Below, piece after piece: positions 24,833-38,300 of a stretch of 64,000 nt of DNA. The stretch covers positions 2,232,001 through 2,296,000 of the forward strand of contig NC_090332.1 of the NCBI RefSeq assembly GCF_035084215.1. The letters run 5' to 3'. Each line of letters starts with the position of its first letter. The first letter of the stretch is position 1. This DNA comes from Heptranchias perlo. Taxonomy: Eukaryota. A program made the translations under genes and the position numbers. The notes beneath the pieces are model-generated. The model saw only the letters and a program-made list of their open reading frames with translations. It did no database searches and was not told where the DNA came from.

Positions 24833-25280
24833 CTGTGGAGGAGAGGGATAGGACAATCTATTGGATCTCTCAAAGCGTGTGCTTTGGAATGGTGGCGTGT
24901 GGGGCCAGAGTGATGGGAGGGCTGAGCGTGTGCTTTGCACGGTCTGAGGAAGTGCAGTGGATGCCAGACATTAACCCACAGGGAGAGATGCTGGACCAGA
25001 GTCGGTTCTGTTCAAAGCTACACAACTTCCTGCCAACCAGTCACTCGCCCCCGGTCGGTGTTAACCATCTCCTGTCAACTGGTCACTCACCGCCAGTCAG
25101 TGTTAGACACCTTCAATCAATTGGTTAATTACCCTCCCCACCCCGTCCCACCCCACATCAGTCAGTCACCTCCCACTGACCATCCTGATTTCAAAGACTC
25201 TGTCTATCCGGTTCATGAGCTGCCCCTTCATTGGATGAGCCAGTCCAGATGTGGCAGCTGTCTCACAAACTAATCTTGGA

Positions 25281-26055
25281 TCACCCAGTATCACTCACTC
25301 CCAGTGACCGGTCAGTCCCGCCCTGGTCAGTATCACTCACTCCCAGTGACTGATCAGTTGCGCCCTGGTCAGTATCACTCACTCCCAGTGACTGGTCAGT
25401 CCCGCCATGGTCAGTATCACTCACTCCCAGTGACCGGTCAGTCCTGCCCTGGTCAGTATCACTCACTCCCACTGACCGGTCAGTAATTCCCCTGGTCAGT
25501 ATCACTCACTCCCAGCAATCGGTCAGTAATCCCCCTGGTCAGTATCACTCACTCCCAGTGACCGGTCGGTCCCGCCCTAGTCAGTATCACTCACTCCCAG
25601 CAATCTGTCTGTTCCACCCTGGTCAGTATCACTCACTCCCAGTGACCAGTCAGTGATCCCCCTGGTCAGTGTCACTCACTCCCAGTGACCGGTCAGTGAT
25701 CCCCCTGGTCAGTGTCACTCACTCCCAGTGACCGGTCAGTGATCTCCCTGGTCAGTGTCACTCACTCCCAGTGACCGGTCAGTAATCCCCCTGGTCAGTG
25801 TCACTCACTCCCAGTGACCGGTCAGTAATCCCCCTGGTCAGTGTCACTCTCCCAGTGACCGGTCAGTAATCCCCCTGGTCAGTGTCACTCACTCCCAGTG
25901 ACTGGTCAGTAATCCCCCTGGTCAGTGTCACTCTCCCAGTGACCGGTCAGTAATCTCCCTGGTCAGTGTCACTCACTCCCAGTGACCGGTCAGTGATCCC
26001 CCTGGTCAGTGTCACTCACTCCCAGTGACCGGTCAGTGATCCTCCTGGTCAGTTT
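25281..26055. repeat. ~43-bp minisatellite (ctggtcagtgtcactcactcccagtgaccggtcagtaatcccc)
   Basis: ~18 tandem copies. Confidence 0.95.
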
Positions 26056-26197
26056 CATGCTTCTCCTAGGGCCTGGCCAAAGATCACGTCACCACCCTCT
26101 GAATTGCCACTTCCTGGGCCACTGAGGACCGGGAAGAGCAAAGCAAATAAAGGATTCCAGATCCTCTGGGATTTAGGACAGTATCCCAGAGAAACAA

Positions 26198-26697
26198 TTT
26201 TTTTTTATTTGTTCATGGGATGTGGGCGTCGCTGGCGAGACCAGCATTTATTGCCCATCCCTAATTGCCCTTGAGAAGGTGGTGGTGAGCCGCCTTCTTG
26301 AACCGCTGCAGTCCGTGTGGTGAAGATTCTCCCACAGTGCTGTTAAGAAGGGAGTTCCAGGATTTTGACCCAGCGACGATGAAGGAACGGCGATATATTT
26401 CCAAGTCAGGATGGTGTGTGACTTGGAGGGGAACGTGCAGGTGGTGTTGTTTCCATGTGCCTGCTGCTCCCTTGTCCTTCTAGATGGTAGAGGTCGCGGG
26501 TTTGGGAGGTGCTGTCGAAGAAGCCTTGGCGAGTTGCTGCAGTGCATCCTGTAGATGGTACACACTGCAGCCACAGTGCGCCGGTGAAGGGAGTGAATGT
26601 TTAGGGTGGTGGATTGGGTGCCAATCAAACGGGCTGCTTTGTCCTGGATGGTGTCGAGCTTCCTGAGTGTTGTTGGAGCTGCACTCATCCAGGCAGA
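26198..26697 (-). mobile_element. second LINE family, 3' fragment
   Basis: AWMSAAPTTLRKLDTIQDKAARLIG; same 3' end as 1160-1588. Confidence 0.8.
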
Positions 26698-26816
26698 TTC
26701 CCTCATACACTGAGCTCTTGATCTCAGCTGTGAATGAGGGGAGGCTTTGAAATCACCACCATTAAGAGAGCAAAATCAACTGGTGACCTGTGCAGCTCCA
26801 AAGAGGCCTGGATATC

Positions 26817-26931
26817 AGGACGGACAGAGGGCCTGAGAGTGAGGACGGACAGAGGGCCTGAGAGTGAGGACGGACAGAGGGCCTGAGAGTGAGGACGGAC
26901 AGAGGGCCTGAGAGTGAGGACGGACAGAGGG
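26817..26931. repeat. 25-bp tandem repeat, ~4.5 copies
   Basis: gaggacggacagagggcctgagagt. Confidence 0.9.
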
Positions 26932-27062
26932 CCATCCCTGCTCTCCCCCTCACAATGGCGGCTGCTTGACCTATTTGGAGGTTTTCAAAATGGGGATCCT
27001 GTTAGAGGATTTATAAAATGTGCCTATGAGACAACCACTTGCCCAGGTTTCCAGCTGCTCAC

Positions 27063-27158
27063 CTCAATGGAATCGATGTTTTGTTTCCATTTTCCAATCT
27101 CATCGCCCGTGCTCTGCAGGTGTCTCTGTAATTCTGTCTTCCTTTCCATGATTTGTTT
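27063..27158 (-). CDS. TRIM gene exon 2 (coiled coil)
   Basis: tttgtacag|KQIMERKTELQRHLQSTGDEIGKWKQNIDSIE|gtgagc; canonical 96-bp phase 0-0 TRIM exon. Confidence 0.92.
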
Positions 27159-27453
27159 CTGTACAAAAATAAAATATAACTTCACCCACAGATACTCATC
27201 CCCCCTCATTGGCAGGAATCCCCCCTTCACTGGCATTGCGACAAATCACATGATAATCTGTATTAGTTGAAGGATAAATATTGGCCATGACACTGGGGAG
27301 AACTTCGCTGCTCTTCCAATAGAGCCAGGGGACCTTTTACGTCCAACTGAGAGGGCAGACGGGGCCTCGGTTTAACGTTTCATCTGAAAGATGCCATTGG
27401 CACTGCACAACTGGCACTGCACAACTGGCACTGCACATCACCAGCAATGCACA

Positions 27454-28465
27454 TTTTTTTTTATTTGTTCACGGGATGTGGGCGTCGCTGGCGAGGCCGG
27501 CATTTATTGCCCATCCCTAATTGCCCTCGAGAAGGTGGTGATGAGCCGCCTTCTTGAACCGCTGCAGTCCGTGTGGTGACGGTTCTCCCACAGTGCTGTT
27601 AGGAAGGGAGTTCCAGGATTTTGACCCAGCGACAATGAAGGAACGGCGATATATTTCCAAGTCGGGATGGTGTGTGACTTGGAGGGGAACGTGCAGGTGG
27701 TGTTGTTCCCATGTGCCTGCTGCTCTTGTCCTTCTAGGTGGTAGAGGTCGCGGGTTTGGGAGGTGCTGTCGAAGGAGCCTTGGCTGTACAACAACAACAA
27801 CTTGCATTTATACAGCACCTTTAACATAGTAAAGTATCCGAAGGTGCTTCACAGGAGCGATTTTCAAACAAAATTGTCACTGAGCCACATAAGGAGATAT
27901 TAGGACAGGTGACCAAAAGCTTAGTCAGAGAGGTAGGTTTTGAGGAGCGACTTAAAGGAGGAGAGAGAGCCGGAGAGGGGGAGAAATTTGGGGAGGGAAT
28001 TCCAGAGCTTAGGGCCTAGACAGCTGAAGGCACGGCTGTCAATGGTGGAGTGATTAAAATCAGGGATATACAGCACTGGCACATGTGAATATAAAATCAT
28101 AGAATGGTTACAGCACAGAAGAAGGCCATTCAGCCCATCAAGTCCGTGCCAGCCCTATGCAAGAGCAATCCAGCTAGTCCCACTCCCCCGCCCTTTCCCC
28201 ATAGCCCTGCAAATGTTTTCCTTTCAAGTACTTATCCAGTTCCCTTTTGAAGGCCATGATTGAATCTGCCTCCACCACCCCCTCGGGCAGTGCATTCCAG
28301 ATCCTAACCACTCGCTGTGTAAAAAAGTTTTTCCTCATGTCACCTTTGGTTCTTTTGCCAATCACCTTAAATCGATTTCCTCTAGTTCTTGACCCTTCCG
28401 CCAATGGGAACAGTTTCTCTCTATCTACTCTGTCTAGACCTTTCATGATTTTGAATACCTCTATA
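27454..28465 (-). mobile_element. stacked LINE 3' ends (second LINE family 27454-27784, L2-like 27790-28070, CR1 28097-28465)
   Basis: Recognisable 3' ORF ends and tails. Confidence 0.7.
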
Positions 28466-28774
28466 GTTAGATTTACTCAAAACTCATCACTGACCTATGT
28501 CTCTCCATCCTGCGCTCCACCCCAAATCTGGGATATTTGCTTTATATAAACTCCCTTCTCTGTTTCTTTAATCAGGGACACCTGTGACCACTTATTTGGA
28601 GCCCAGATGGCTGCCACCATCCACTCCCATTGGTCTAGTGCCCTATAACAGCAGGATTGGATGGACATTTCATCACAAACCCTCCTCCTCGGTACAATCG
28701 AGTGCCGGTGATCTCCCAAACTGTCCGCCCTCGAAATATAATCAGCGTTTTGATGTTTCTTTCCCCATATCGCA

Positions 28775-30010
28775 GTCCCACACCCACCCTCCTCTCCCTG
28801 ACCCCTCCCCAGGTCCCAGTCCCATACCCACCCTCCTCTCCCTGACCCCTCCCCAGGTCCCAGTCCCACACCCACCCTCCTCTCCCTGACCCCTCCCCAG
28901 GTCCCAGTCCATACCCACCCTCCTCTCCCTGACCCCTCCCCAGGTCCCAGTCCCACACCCACCCTCCTCTCCCTGACCCCTCCCCAGGTCCCAGTCCCAG
29001 ACCCACCCTCCTCTCCCCGACCCCTCCCCAGGTCCCAGTCCCAGACCCACCCTCCTCTCCCTGACCCCTCCCCAGGTCCCAGTCCCAGACCCACCCTCCT
29101 CTCCCTGACCCCTCCCCAGGTCCCGGTCCCCCCCCGACCCCCTCCCCAGGTCCCAGTCCCCCCCCTGACCTCTCCCCAGGTCCCAGTCCCACACCCACCC
29201 TCCTCTCCCTGACCCCTCCCCAGGTCCCAATCCCCCCCTGACCCCTCCCCAGGTCCCAGTCCCCCCCCTGACCCCTCCCCAGGTCCCAATCCCCCCCTGA
29301 CCCCTCCCCAGGCCCCAGTCAGCGCCTCCCCCCGACCCCTCCCCAGGTCCCAGTCCCCCCCCTGACCCCTCCCCAGGTCCCAGTCCCTCACCCACCCTCC
29401 TCCCCCCGGACCCCTCCCCAGGTCCCAGTCCCCCCCCCTGACCCCTCCCCAGGTCCCAGTCCCACACCCACCCTCCTCTCCCTGACCCCTCCCCAGCTCC
29501 CAGTCCCCCCCCCTGACCCCTCCCCAGGTCCCAATCCCCCCCTGACCCCTCCCCAGGCCCCAGTCCCCCCCTCCCCCCGACCCCTCCCCAGGTCCCAGTC
29601 CCCCCCCTGACCCCTCCCCAGGTCCCAGTCCCCCCCCTGACCCCTCCCCAGGTCCCAGTCCCCCCCCTGACCCCTCCCCAGGTCCCAGTCCCCCCCCTGA
29701 CCCCTCCCCAGGTCCCAGTCCCCCCCCCTGACCCCTCCCCAGGTCCCAGTCCCCTCCCCAGGTCCCAGTCCTCCCCCTGACCCCTCCCCAGGTCCCAGTC
29801 CCCCCCCCCTGACCCCTCCCCAGGTCCCAGTCCCCCCCCCCTGACCCCTCCCCAGGTCCCAGTCCTCCCCCTGACCCCTCCCCTGGCCCCAGTCCTCCCC
29901 CTGACCCCTCCCCTGGCCCCAGTCCTCCCCCCCTGACCCCTCCCCAGGTCCCAGTCCCCTCCCCAGGTCCCAGTCCTCCCCCTGACCCCTCCCCAGGTCC
30001 CAGTCCACCC
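28775..30010. repeat. C-rich variable minisatellite (gacccctccccaggtcccagtcccc...) at the start of TRIM intron 1
   Basis: Tandem 30-45-bp units; on the minus strand these are GGGG runs. Confidence 0.95.
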
Positions 30011-30017
30011 CCCTCAC

Positions 30018-30608
30018 CTTTCTATATTCCGCCTCCTCGTCCACGGTAATGATTTCGTGGTCCCCGTGCTCCCTGAGAGCGCAGACCCAACACATGCACC
30101 TGCGGTCGGTGCGGCAGTACGACTCCAGGGGCTTCCTGTGCTTGTGGCACCTCCTCTGAGCCAGGTCCCTGACCGGCTCGGTGAGGCGGTGGTCCCGGAA
30201 CGCCGAGCTGTCCCGGTGTGGCCTCAGGTGCCCCTCGCAGTACGAGGTCAGGCAAACCAGGCAGGACTTGACTGCCTTCAGCTTACGGTCCTGGGGGCAG
30301 GAGTCGCAGGGCACGTCCTGGGGGGCAGCCAGGGTCTGAGAGCCGGGCCGGGGGTCGGTCTGGAGGAAATCCTCCACTATCTTAGACAGGACTGTGTTCT
30401 TGCCCAGCGAGGGTCGGGGGCTGAAGCATCTCCGGCAGTTTGGGCAGCTGTAGATGCCTGGACTCAGATGCTGGTGGTCCCAATTCTTCCTGATGCAGTC
30501 CTGGCAGAAGCTGTGGCCGCAGGGCAGGGTGGCGGGGTCCCTGAAGAAGTCCAGGCAGATGTTACAGCACAGGTTGTCCTCAGAGACGGTGAGAGTGGAG
30601 GTGGCCAT
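30018..30608 (-). CDS. TRIM gene exon 1: RING, B-box1 and B-box2 (TRIM16/TRIM25/TRIM47/finTRIM-like E3 ligase)
   Basis: CNIC..PATLPCGHSFC..C...CPNC; CDSC...AVKSCLVCLTSYC..H..PH; CHKH...YC..D..CMC..C...H..H; donor AAG|gtgagg; six exons total 1719 bp, giving 572 aa. Confidence 0.95.
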
Positions 30609-30687
30609 TCCTCCCGTCCAGCTCCCCAGGAATCTCCCACAGCCCCGGCGCCCTGTTCAAAGCGCCAGACAACTGTCGGATTTCAAA

Positions 30688-30705
30688 GAAACTGAAAATG
30701 AAACT
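30688..30705 (-). promoter_or_regulatory. tandem ISRE/IRF-binding element of the TRIM promoter
   Basis: GAAACTGAAAATGAAACT (reverse complement AGTTTCATTTTCAGTTTC) 80 bp upstream of the ATG; TATA-like motifs at ~30721-30748. Confidence 0.75.
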
Positions 30706-30998
30706 GACTCGGACTGCCCCTTATACCAGAACTTGGGTTATTTATAACGAAACCCCCCATCGTTTCCTCTCATGCCTCAACAGACCAGCCGACGTGTGCG
30801 GTTTTTTTTTCAAACTGCCTGCAGTGCAAGTGTCTTGTTTTAAAAGTGGAAACACCGACCCTCAATCTCGCCACCAAAAAATGCTCATTTCTCACAATTC
30901 GTGTGGTGAGCTGCAGAATGGACCTGCGGCATTTACACAAGCGTTTGTGTGTGTGTGAGTCTGTGTCTCTGTGTTTGTGTGTCTGTGTATGTTTGTGT

Positions 30999-31162
30999 NN
31001 NNNNNNNNNNNNNNNNNNNNNNNNNNNNNNNNNNNNNNNNNNNNNNNNNNNNNNNNNNNNNNNNNNNNNNNNNNNNNNNNNNNNNNNNNNNNNNNNNNNN
31101 NNNNNNNNNNNNNNNNNNNNNNNNNNNNNNNNNNNNNNNNNNNNNNNNNNNNNNNNNNNNNN
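30999..31162. other. assembly gap (164 N) flanked by TG-rich sequence
   Basis: Run of N. Confidence 1.
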
Positions 31163-31221
31163 TTGTGTGAAGTGTGCCTTTTCTTAAATAAAACCATAAG
31201 GAGACACTAGGTTGCCCCAGT

Positions 31222-32745
31222 GTCATAGAATCATAGCATGGCTACAGCACAGAAGGAGGCCATTTGGTCCATCGAGCCTGTGCTGGCTCTTTGTAAGAGC
31301 AATCCAGGTAGTCCCACTCCCCACTCTTTCCCCGTAGCCCTGCAAATTTTTCCCTTCAAGTATTTATCCAATTCCTTTTTGAAAGCCATGATTGAATCTG
31401 CTTCCATCGCCCTATTTTTTATTCACTCATGGGATGTGGGCATCGCTGGCGAGGCCGGCATTTATTGCCCATCCCTAATTGCCTCTTGAGAAGGTGGTGG
31501 TGAGCCGCCTTCTTGAACCATTGCAGTCCGTGAAGATTCTCCCACAGCGCTGTTAGGAAGGGAGTTCCAGGATTTTGACCCAGTGACGATGAAGGAACGG
31601 CGATATATTTCCAAGTCGGGATGGTGTGTGACTTGGAGGGGAACGTGCAGGTTGGTGTTGTTCCCATGTGCCTGCTGCTCTTGTCCTTCTAGGTGGTAGA
31701 GGTCGCAGGTTCGGGAGGTGCTGTCGAAGAAGCCTTGGCGAGTTGCTGCAGTGCATCCTGTGGATGGTACACACTGCAGCCACGGTGCGCCGGTGGTGAA
31801 GGGAGTGAATGTTTAGGGTGGTGGATGGGGTGCCAATCAAGCGGGCTGCTTTGTCCTGGATGGTGTCGAGCTTCTTGAGTGTTGTTGGAGCTGCACTCAT
31901 CCAGGCAAGTGGAGAGTATTCCATCACACTCCTGACTTGTGCCTTGTAGATGGTGGAAAGGCTTTGGGGAGTCAGGAGGTGAGTCACTCGCCGCAGAATA
32001 CCCAGCCTCAGACCTGCTCTTTATGTGGCAGGTCCAGTTAAGTTTCTGATCAATGGTGACCCCCAGGATGTTGATGGTGGGGGATTCGGCGATGGTAATG
32101 CCGTTGAATGTCAAGGAGAGGTGGTTAGACTCTCTCTTGTTGGAGATGATCATTGCCTCCGACTTGTCTGGTGCGAATGTTATTTGCAAGCTTATGACAG
32201 CATTCGAAAACAGGTCCAACTTGAACTAAAGATTATGTGTGACACCTTTCATGCGTTGACAGCACCTCCCAAACCCACGACCTCTACCACCTAGAAGGAC
32301 AAGGGCAGCAGGCACATGGGAACAACACCACCTGCATGTTCCCCTCCAAGTCACACACCATCCCGACTTGGAAATATATTGCCGTTCCTTCATCGTCGCT
32401 GGGTCAAAATCCTGGAACTCCCTTCCTAACAGCACTGTGGGAGAACCTTCACCACACGGACTGCAGCGGTTCAAGAAGGCGGCTCATCACCACCTTAGAG
32501 AGTCATAGAGTTATACAGCACGGATAGAGGCCCTTCGGCCCATCGTGTCCGCGCCGGCCATCAGCCCTGTCTACTCTAATCCCATACTCTAATCCCATAC
32601 TCCAGCATTTGGTCCGTAGCCTTGTATGCTATGGCATTTCAAGTGCTCATCCAAATGCTTCTTGAATGTCTCAAGAGCAATTAGGGATGGGCAATAAATG
32701 CCGGCCTCACCAGCGACGCCCACATTCCGTGAATGAATTTTAAAA
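31222..32745. mobile_element. LINE fragments (CR1 tails; second LINE family on - at 31415-32190 and on + at 32255-32745)
   Basis: QSLSTIYKAQVRSVMEYSPLAWMSAAP..., ILGVTIDQKLNW. Confidence 0.8.
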
Positions 32746-33319
32746 AAGATGCTTTCCTGAAAGACAACTGGATCCTCTAACTGCAGCTCATGCGTGATTG
32801 CAGCGTTGCAGTTAGATGGCCCCTCCAGATATGAGGACACTGTGCAAGGTGTTTGGTGCATTCTGTGACATTTGTATAAAATCTTAGCGCTCAGATACCA
32901 GCCGTCCTTCACAAACAAGACCCAGATATTCCAATCCCAGGACTCCCCAGCCAATAAATGCCAGCAGTGTCCTCCACTGCCATCACCGCATCCTGATGCT
33001 CACCTATGGAGGTCAATACGCTAGTGTAACCTCCAAAATCTGACCATTCAAATCTCCTGGCTTGGCAGTACCATGCTGGTGCTTGTAATGGGTGACGGGA
33101 GTGACACTGGTTGCTGGAAGGACTCAAATTATAACTGCAGCGAGAATTTTGATGACTGTACACTCAGCCTGTGGTCAGAGATGTAAAAAGTTACTGTTAT
33201 AAGGAAGTTAGAAGGGCATCAGATATGTCGACTCTTCGGAATACGATGATGCGCAGAATAACCACGACAGGGAAATTCTAGTCATTGTATCTCTTGAATG
33301 GGGAATATGATAATTACTG

Positions 33320-33722
33320 AATGAGTCACAGGCTGGAATCTAATCGAGGGGTTCAGATGGTTTATATATAGAATAATGGATACCCGGGAGTGAGTTACAG
33401 CCTGGAATCTAATCGAGGGATTCAGGGGGTTTATATATAGAATAACAGATACCCAGGAGTGAGTTACAGACTGAAATCTAATCGAGGGGTCCGGGGGGTT
33501 TATATATAGAATAATGGATATCTGGGAGTGAGTTACAGACTGGAATCTAATCGAGGGGTTCAGGGGGTTTATATATAGAATAATGGATATCTGGGAGTGA
33601 GTTACAGACTGGAATCTAATCGAGGGGTTCAGGTGGTTTATATATAGAATAATGGATATCTGGGAGTGAGTTACTGGCTGGAATCTAATCAAGGGGTTCA
33701 GGGGGTTTATATATAGAATAAT
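33320..33722. repeat. ~69-bp minisatellite, ~6 copies
   Basis: gggagtgagttacagactggaatctaatcgaggggttcagggggtttatatatagaataatggatatct. Confidence 0.95.
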
Positions 33723-34709
33723 GGAGTGAAGTATTAATGGATTACTCACTCTACCTTTACTTGGGTTTGAGCCAGATGACAGCTTACCCTCTCTGCTGCC
33801 TGTGGGGGATTTATGCGTAATGTACTTGGGCAATTTCAAATCAGTTCCTCATATAAACTAACTTACATAATTCACAACAGCTGACAAACAGCTTTCAACA
33901 AGCTGAGGCTGCAACAAAAAAGCGGAGAATTCATAAGGCAACGTGCAACTAAAAACATTGCTGAATAAAGCTTCATGACAGAGGACACTGTTTCACAGTG
34001 ATTGGATATTTTAATTGCTTTTCATTACATTGGATTTCAGGAATTTTATTCGTGTTATTGCATCACATTCTGTGACTTAGTTTGTTTTTCTGTGAAAGCT
34101 GAAACCCAGTGATTTCACCTAGAACAGGCGAAAATAATTAGTTATACTTGGGAATGCAGTGAGACATGAGCTGACATCAGCTGGAGCAATATCAATAAAA
34201 CAGCTGTTACAGGGGGAAAAAACACGGGTCATAAAACTTTTGAAAGGGATGGTGAGTTCTGATGGAGCAACATTTATATTCTATTGGGGGGCCCAGGGTC
34301 ATGCTGCCCCCAAGGAAATGTTAAGACTTTTTTGTACTTTCTGGCATTCTGATGTGTGCGGTGATTCAGTTTTTGAAGGCGGATTGATGGTGAGTAGAAT
34401 GCATTAGATCCACAGGTGAGTCTAGCAACAACCTGTGAAAATAATTAATTTCAGCGATGCCCAGAGCAGGTAAACCGAGATCATCCCTTACAATTCAATT
34501 CAATGCAGCGTGGATGAAGATATCAAATCGGATGGGTGATAGTGGACAATCTGGTCAGACTCCACTTTTGAGTGAGATAGATTGTAGTGAGTCTCCCATT
34601 CATCTTCGCGCAGATCTTGGGAGCTAGAATAGATAAATCCAAGAGTTGGCCACATCCTCCCAAAGCTTCCAGCTTCTCCATGACGGGAGGACGAGGCATG
34701 AAGCTGAAA

Positions 34710-35316
34710 GCCTCGCAACAAGCGGTGTACATGTTCCCCACGCAACAAGCGGTGTACATGTTCCCCTCGCAACAAGCGGTGTACATGTTCCCCTCGCAAC
34801 AAGCGGTGTACATGATCCCCTCGCAACAAGCGGTGTACATGATCCCCTCGCAACAAGCGGTGTACATGTTCCCCACACAAGCGGTGTACATGTTCCCCTC
34901 GCAACAAGCGGTGTACATGTTCCCCACACAAGCGGTGTACATGTTCCCCACACAAGCGGTGTACATGTTCCCCACACAACAAGCGGTGTACATGTTCCCC
35001 TCGCAACAAGCGGTGTACATGTTCCCCACGCAACAAGCGGTGTACATGTTCCCCACGCAACAAGCGGTGTACATGTTCCCCTCGCAACAAGCGGTGTACA
35101 TGTTCCCCACGCAACAAGCGGTGTACATGTTCCCCTCGCAACAAGCGGTGTACATGTTCCCCACGCAACAAGCGGTGTACATGTTCCCCTCGCAACAAGC
35201 GGTGTACATGTTCCCCACGCAACAAGCGGTGTACATGTTCCCCTCGCAACAAGCGGTGTACATGTTCCCCTCGCAACAAGCGGTGTACATGTTCCCCTCG
35301 CAACAAGCGGTGTACA
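34710..35316. repeat. 27-bp minisatellite with 24-bp variants, ~23 copies
   Basis: cctcgcaacaagcggtgtacatgttcc; directly abuts a CR1 tail. Confidence 0.95.
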
Positions 35317-38300
35317 TAAGAACATAAGAACATAAGAAATTGGAGCAGGAGTAGGCCAATCGGCCCCTCGAGCCTGCTCCGCCATTCAATAAGATCATGG
35401 CTGATCTGATCCCAACCACAAATCTAAAGAACACAAGAAGTCGGAGCAGGACCCGGCCACATAGCCCCTGGGCCCTCTCCGCCACCCACAGGGCATTGAC
35501 CGATCCGAACTCAGCTTCATGTCCAATTTCCTGCCCGCTCCCCATAACCCCTAATTCCCTTTACTTCTAGGAAACTGTCTATTTCTGTTTTAAATTTATC
35601 TAATGATGTAGCTTCCACAGCTTCCTGGGGCAGCAAATTCCACAGACCTACCACCCTCTGAGTGAAGAAGTTTCTCCTCATCTCAGTTTTGAAAGAGCAG
35701 CCCCTTATTCTAAGATTATGCCCCCTAGTTCTAGTTTCACCCATCTTTGGGAACATCCTTACTGCATCCACCCGATCAAGACCCTTCACAATCTTATATG
35801 TTTCAATAAGATCGCCTCTCATTCTTCTGAACTCCAATGAGTAGAGTCCCAATCTACTCAACCTCTCCTCATATGTCCGCCCCCTCATCCCTGGGATTAA
35901 CCGAGTGAACCTTCTTTGTACTGCCTCGAGAGCAAGTATGTCTTTTCTTAAGTATGGAGACCAAAACTGTATGCAGTATTCCAGGTGCGGTCTCACCAAT
36001 ACCTTATATAACTGCAGCAATACCTCCTTGTTTTTATATTCTATCCCCCTAGCAATAAAAGCCAACATTCCGTTGGCTTTCTTGATCACCTGCTGCACCT
36101 GCATACCAACTTTTTGATTTTCTTGCACTAGGACCCCCAGATCCCTTTGTACTGCAGTACTTTCCAGTCTCTCGCCATTAAGAAAATAACTTGCTCTCTG
36201 ATTTTTCCTGCCAAAGTGCATAACCTCACATTTTCCAATATTATATTGCATCTGCCAAATCTCCGCCCACTCACCCAGCCTGTCTATATCCCCTTGCAGG
36301 TTTTTTATGTCCTCCTCACTCTCTACTTTCCCTCCCATCTTTGTATCATCTGCAAATTTTGATATGTTGCACTCGGTCCCCTCCTCCAAATCGTTAATAT
36401 AGATTGTAAAGAGTTGGGGACCCAGCACCGACCCCTGTGGAACACCACTGGTTACTGGTTGCCAGTCCGAAAATGAACCATTTATCCCAACTCTCTGCTT
36501 CCTGTTTGATAACCAATCCTCCACCCATGCCAGAATATTACCCCCAATCCCGTGATTTTTTATCTTAAGTAATAATCTTTTATGTGGCACCTTGTCGAAT
36601 GCCTTCTGGAAGTCTAAATACACTACGTCCACTGGTTCCCCTTTATCCACCCTATACGTTATATCCTCGAAGAACTCAAGCAAATTTGTCAGACATGACT
36701 TCCCCTTCATAAAGCCATGCTGACTTTGTCCTATTAAATTATGCTTATCTAAATGTTCCGTTACTGTCTCCTTAATAATAGACTCCAAAATTTTACCCAC
36801 CACAGATGTTAAGCTAACTGGCCTATAATTTCCAGCCTTCTGCCTACTACCCTTTTTAAATAACGGTGTTACATTAGCAGTTTTCCAATCTGCCGGGACC
36901 TCTCCTGAGTCCAGGGAATTTTGGAAAACTATCACCAAAGCATCCACAATCCCTACTGCCACTTCCCTCAAGACCCTAGGATGGAAGCCATCAGGTCCAG
37001 GGGATTTATCCGCCTTGAGTCCCATTATTTTACTGAGTACCATCTCTTGAGTGATTTTAATCGTATTTAGCTCCTCCCCCCCGAGAGTCCCCTGTTTGTC
37101 CAGTGTTGGGATATTCTTAGTGTCCTCTACTGTAAAGACTGAAACAAAATATTTGTTCAGCATTTTTGCCATCTCCATGTTTCCCACCATTAATTTCCCG
37201 GTCTCATCCTCTAAGGGACCTATGTTTGCCTTAGCCACCCTTTTTCTTTTTATATAACTATAGAAACTCTTGCTATCTGTTTTTATATTTTTTGCTAATT
37301 TCTTTTCATAATCTAACTTCCCTTTCTTAATCAATCCTTTAGTTACTTTTTGCTGTCTTTTGAAGAATTCCCAATCTTCTATCCTCCCACTAAGTTTGGC
37401 TACCTTATATGTCCTTGTTTTTAGTCGGATACTATCCTTGATTTCTTTACTTAGCCACGGGTGGCTGTCATTTCTTTTACACCCTTTTTTCCTCAGTGGA
37501 ATATATTTATTTTGAAAGTTGTAAAATAACTCCCTAAATGAACACCACTGCTCATGTACCGTCTTACCCTTTAATCTATTTTCCCAGTCCACTTTAATCA
37601 ATTCCGCTCTCATACCATCATAGTCTCCTTTATTCAAGCTCAGTACGCTTGTTTGAGAATCAACCTTCTCACCCTCTAATTGGATATGGAATTCAACCAT
37701 GTTGTGGTCACTCATTCCAAGGGGATCCTTAACTAGGACATTATTAATTAATCCTGACTCATTACACAGGACCAGGTCCAAGGTTGCCTGCCCCCTTGTA
37801 GGATCAGTTACATACTGCTCAAGAAATCCATCCCTGATGCACTCAATGAACTCGTCCTCAAGGCTGCTCTGCCCAATTTGATTTGTCCAGTTAATATGAT
37901 AATTAAAATCCCCCATAATTATGGCTGTTCCCTTATTACATGCCCCGACTATCTCCTGATTAATACTTCTTCCAGCAGAGTTGCAACTATTAGGAGGCCT
38001 ATATACTACGCCCACTAATGTTTTTTTTCCCTTATTATTCCTTATCTCCACCCAAACTGTTTCATTATCTTGATGCTTTGTCCCAATATCATTTCTCTGT
38101 ATTACAGTGATTCCTTCCTTTATTAACATAGCCACCCCACCTCCCCTTCCTTCCTGCCTGTCCTTCCTGATTGTTAAATACCCTGGCATATTTAATTCCC
38201 AGTCGTTGTCACCCTGCAGCCATGTTTCTGTAATGGCCACAAGATCATACCCATACGTAGTTATTTGTGCCGTTAACTCGTCCATTTTATTACGAATGCT

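Noticed and set aside
34500-35545. 229-340-aa repetitive ORFs in five frames
   Set aside because: Artefact of a stop-free 27/24-bp minisatellite; no splice or domain support
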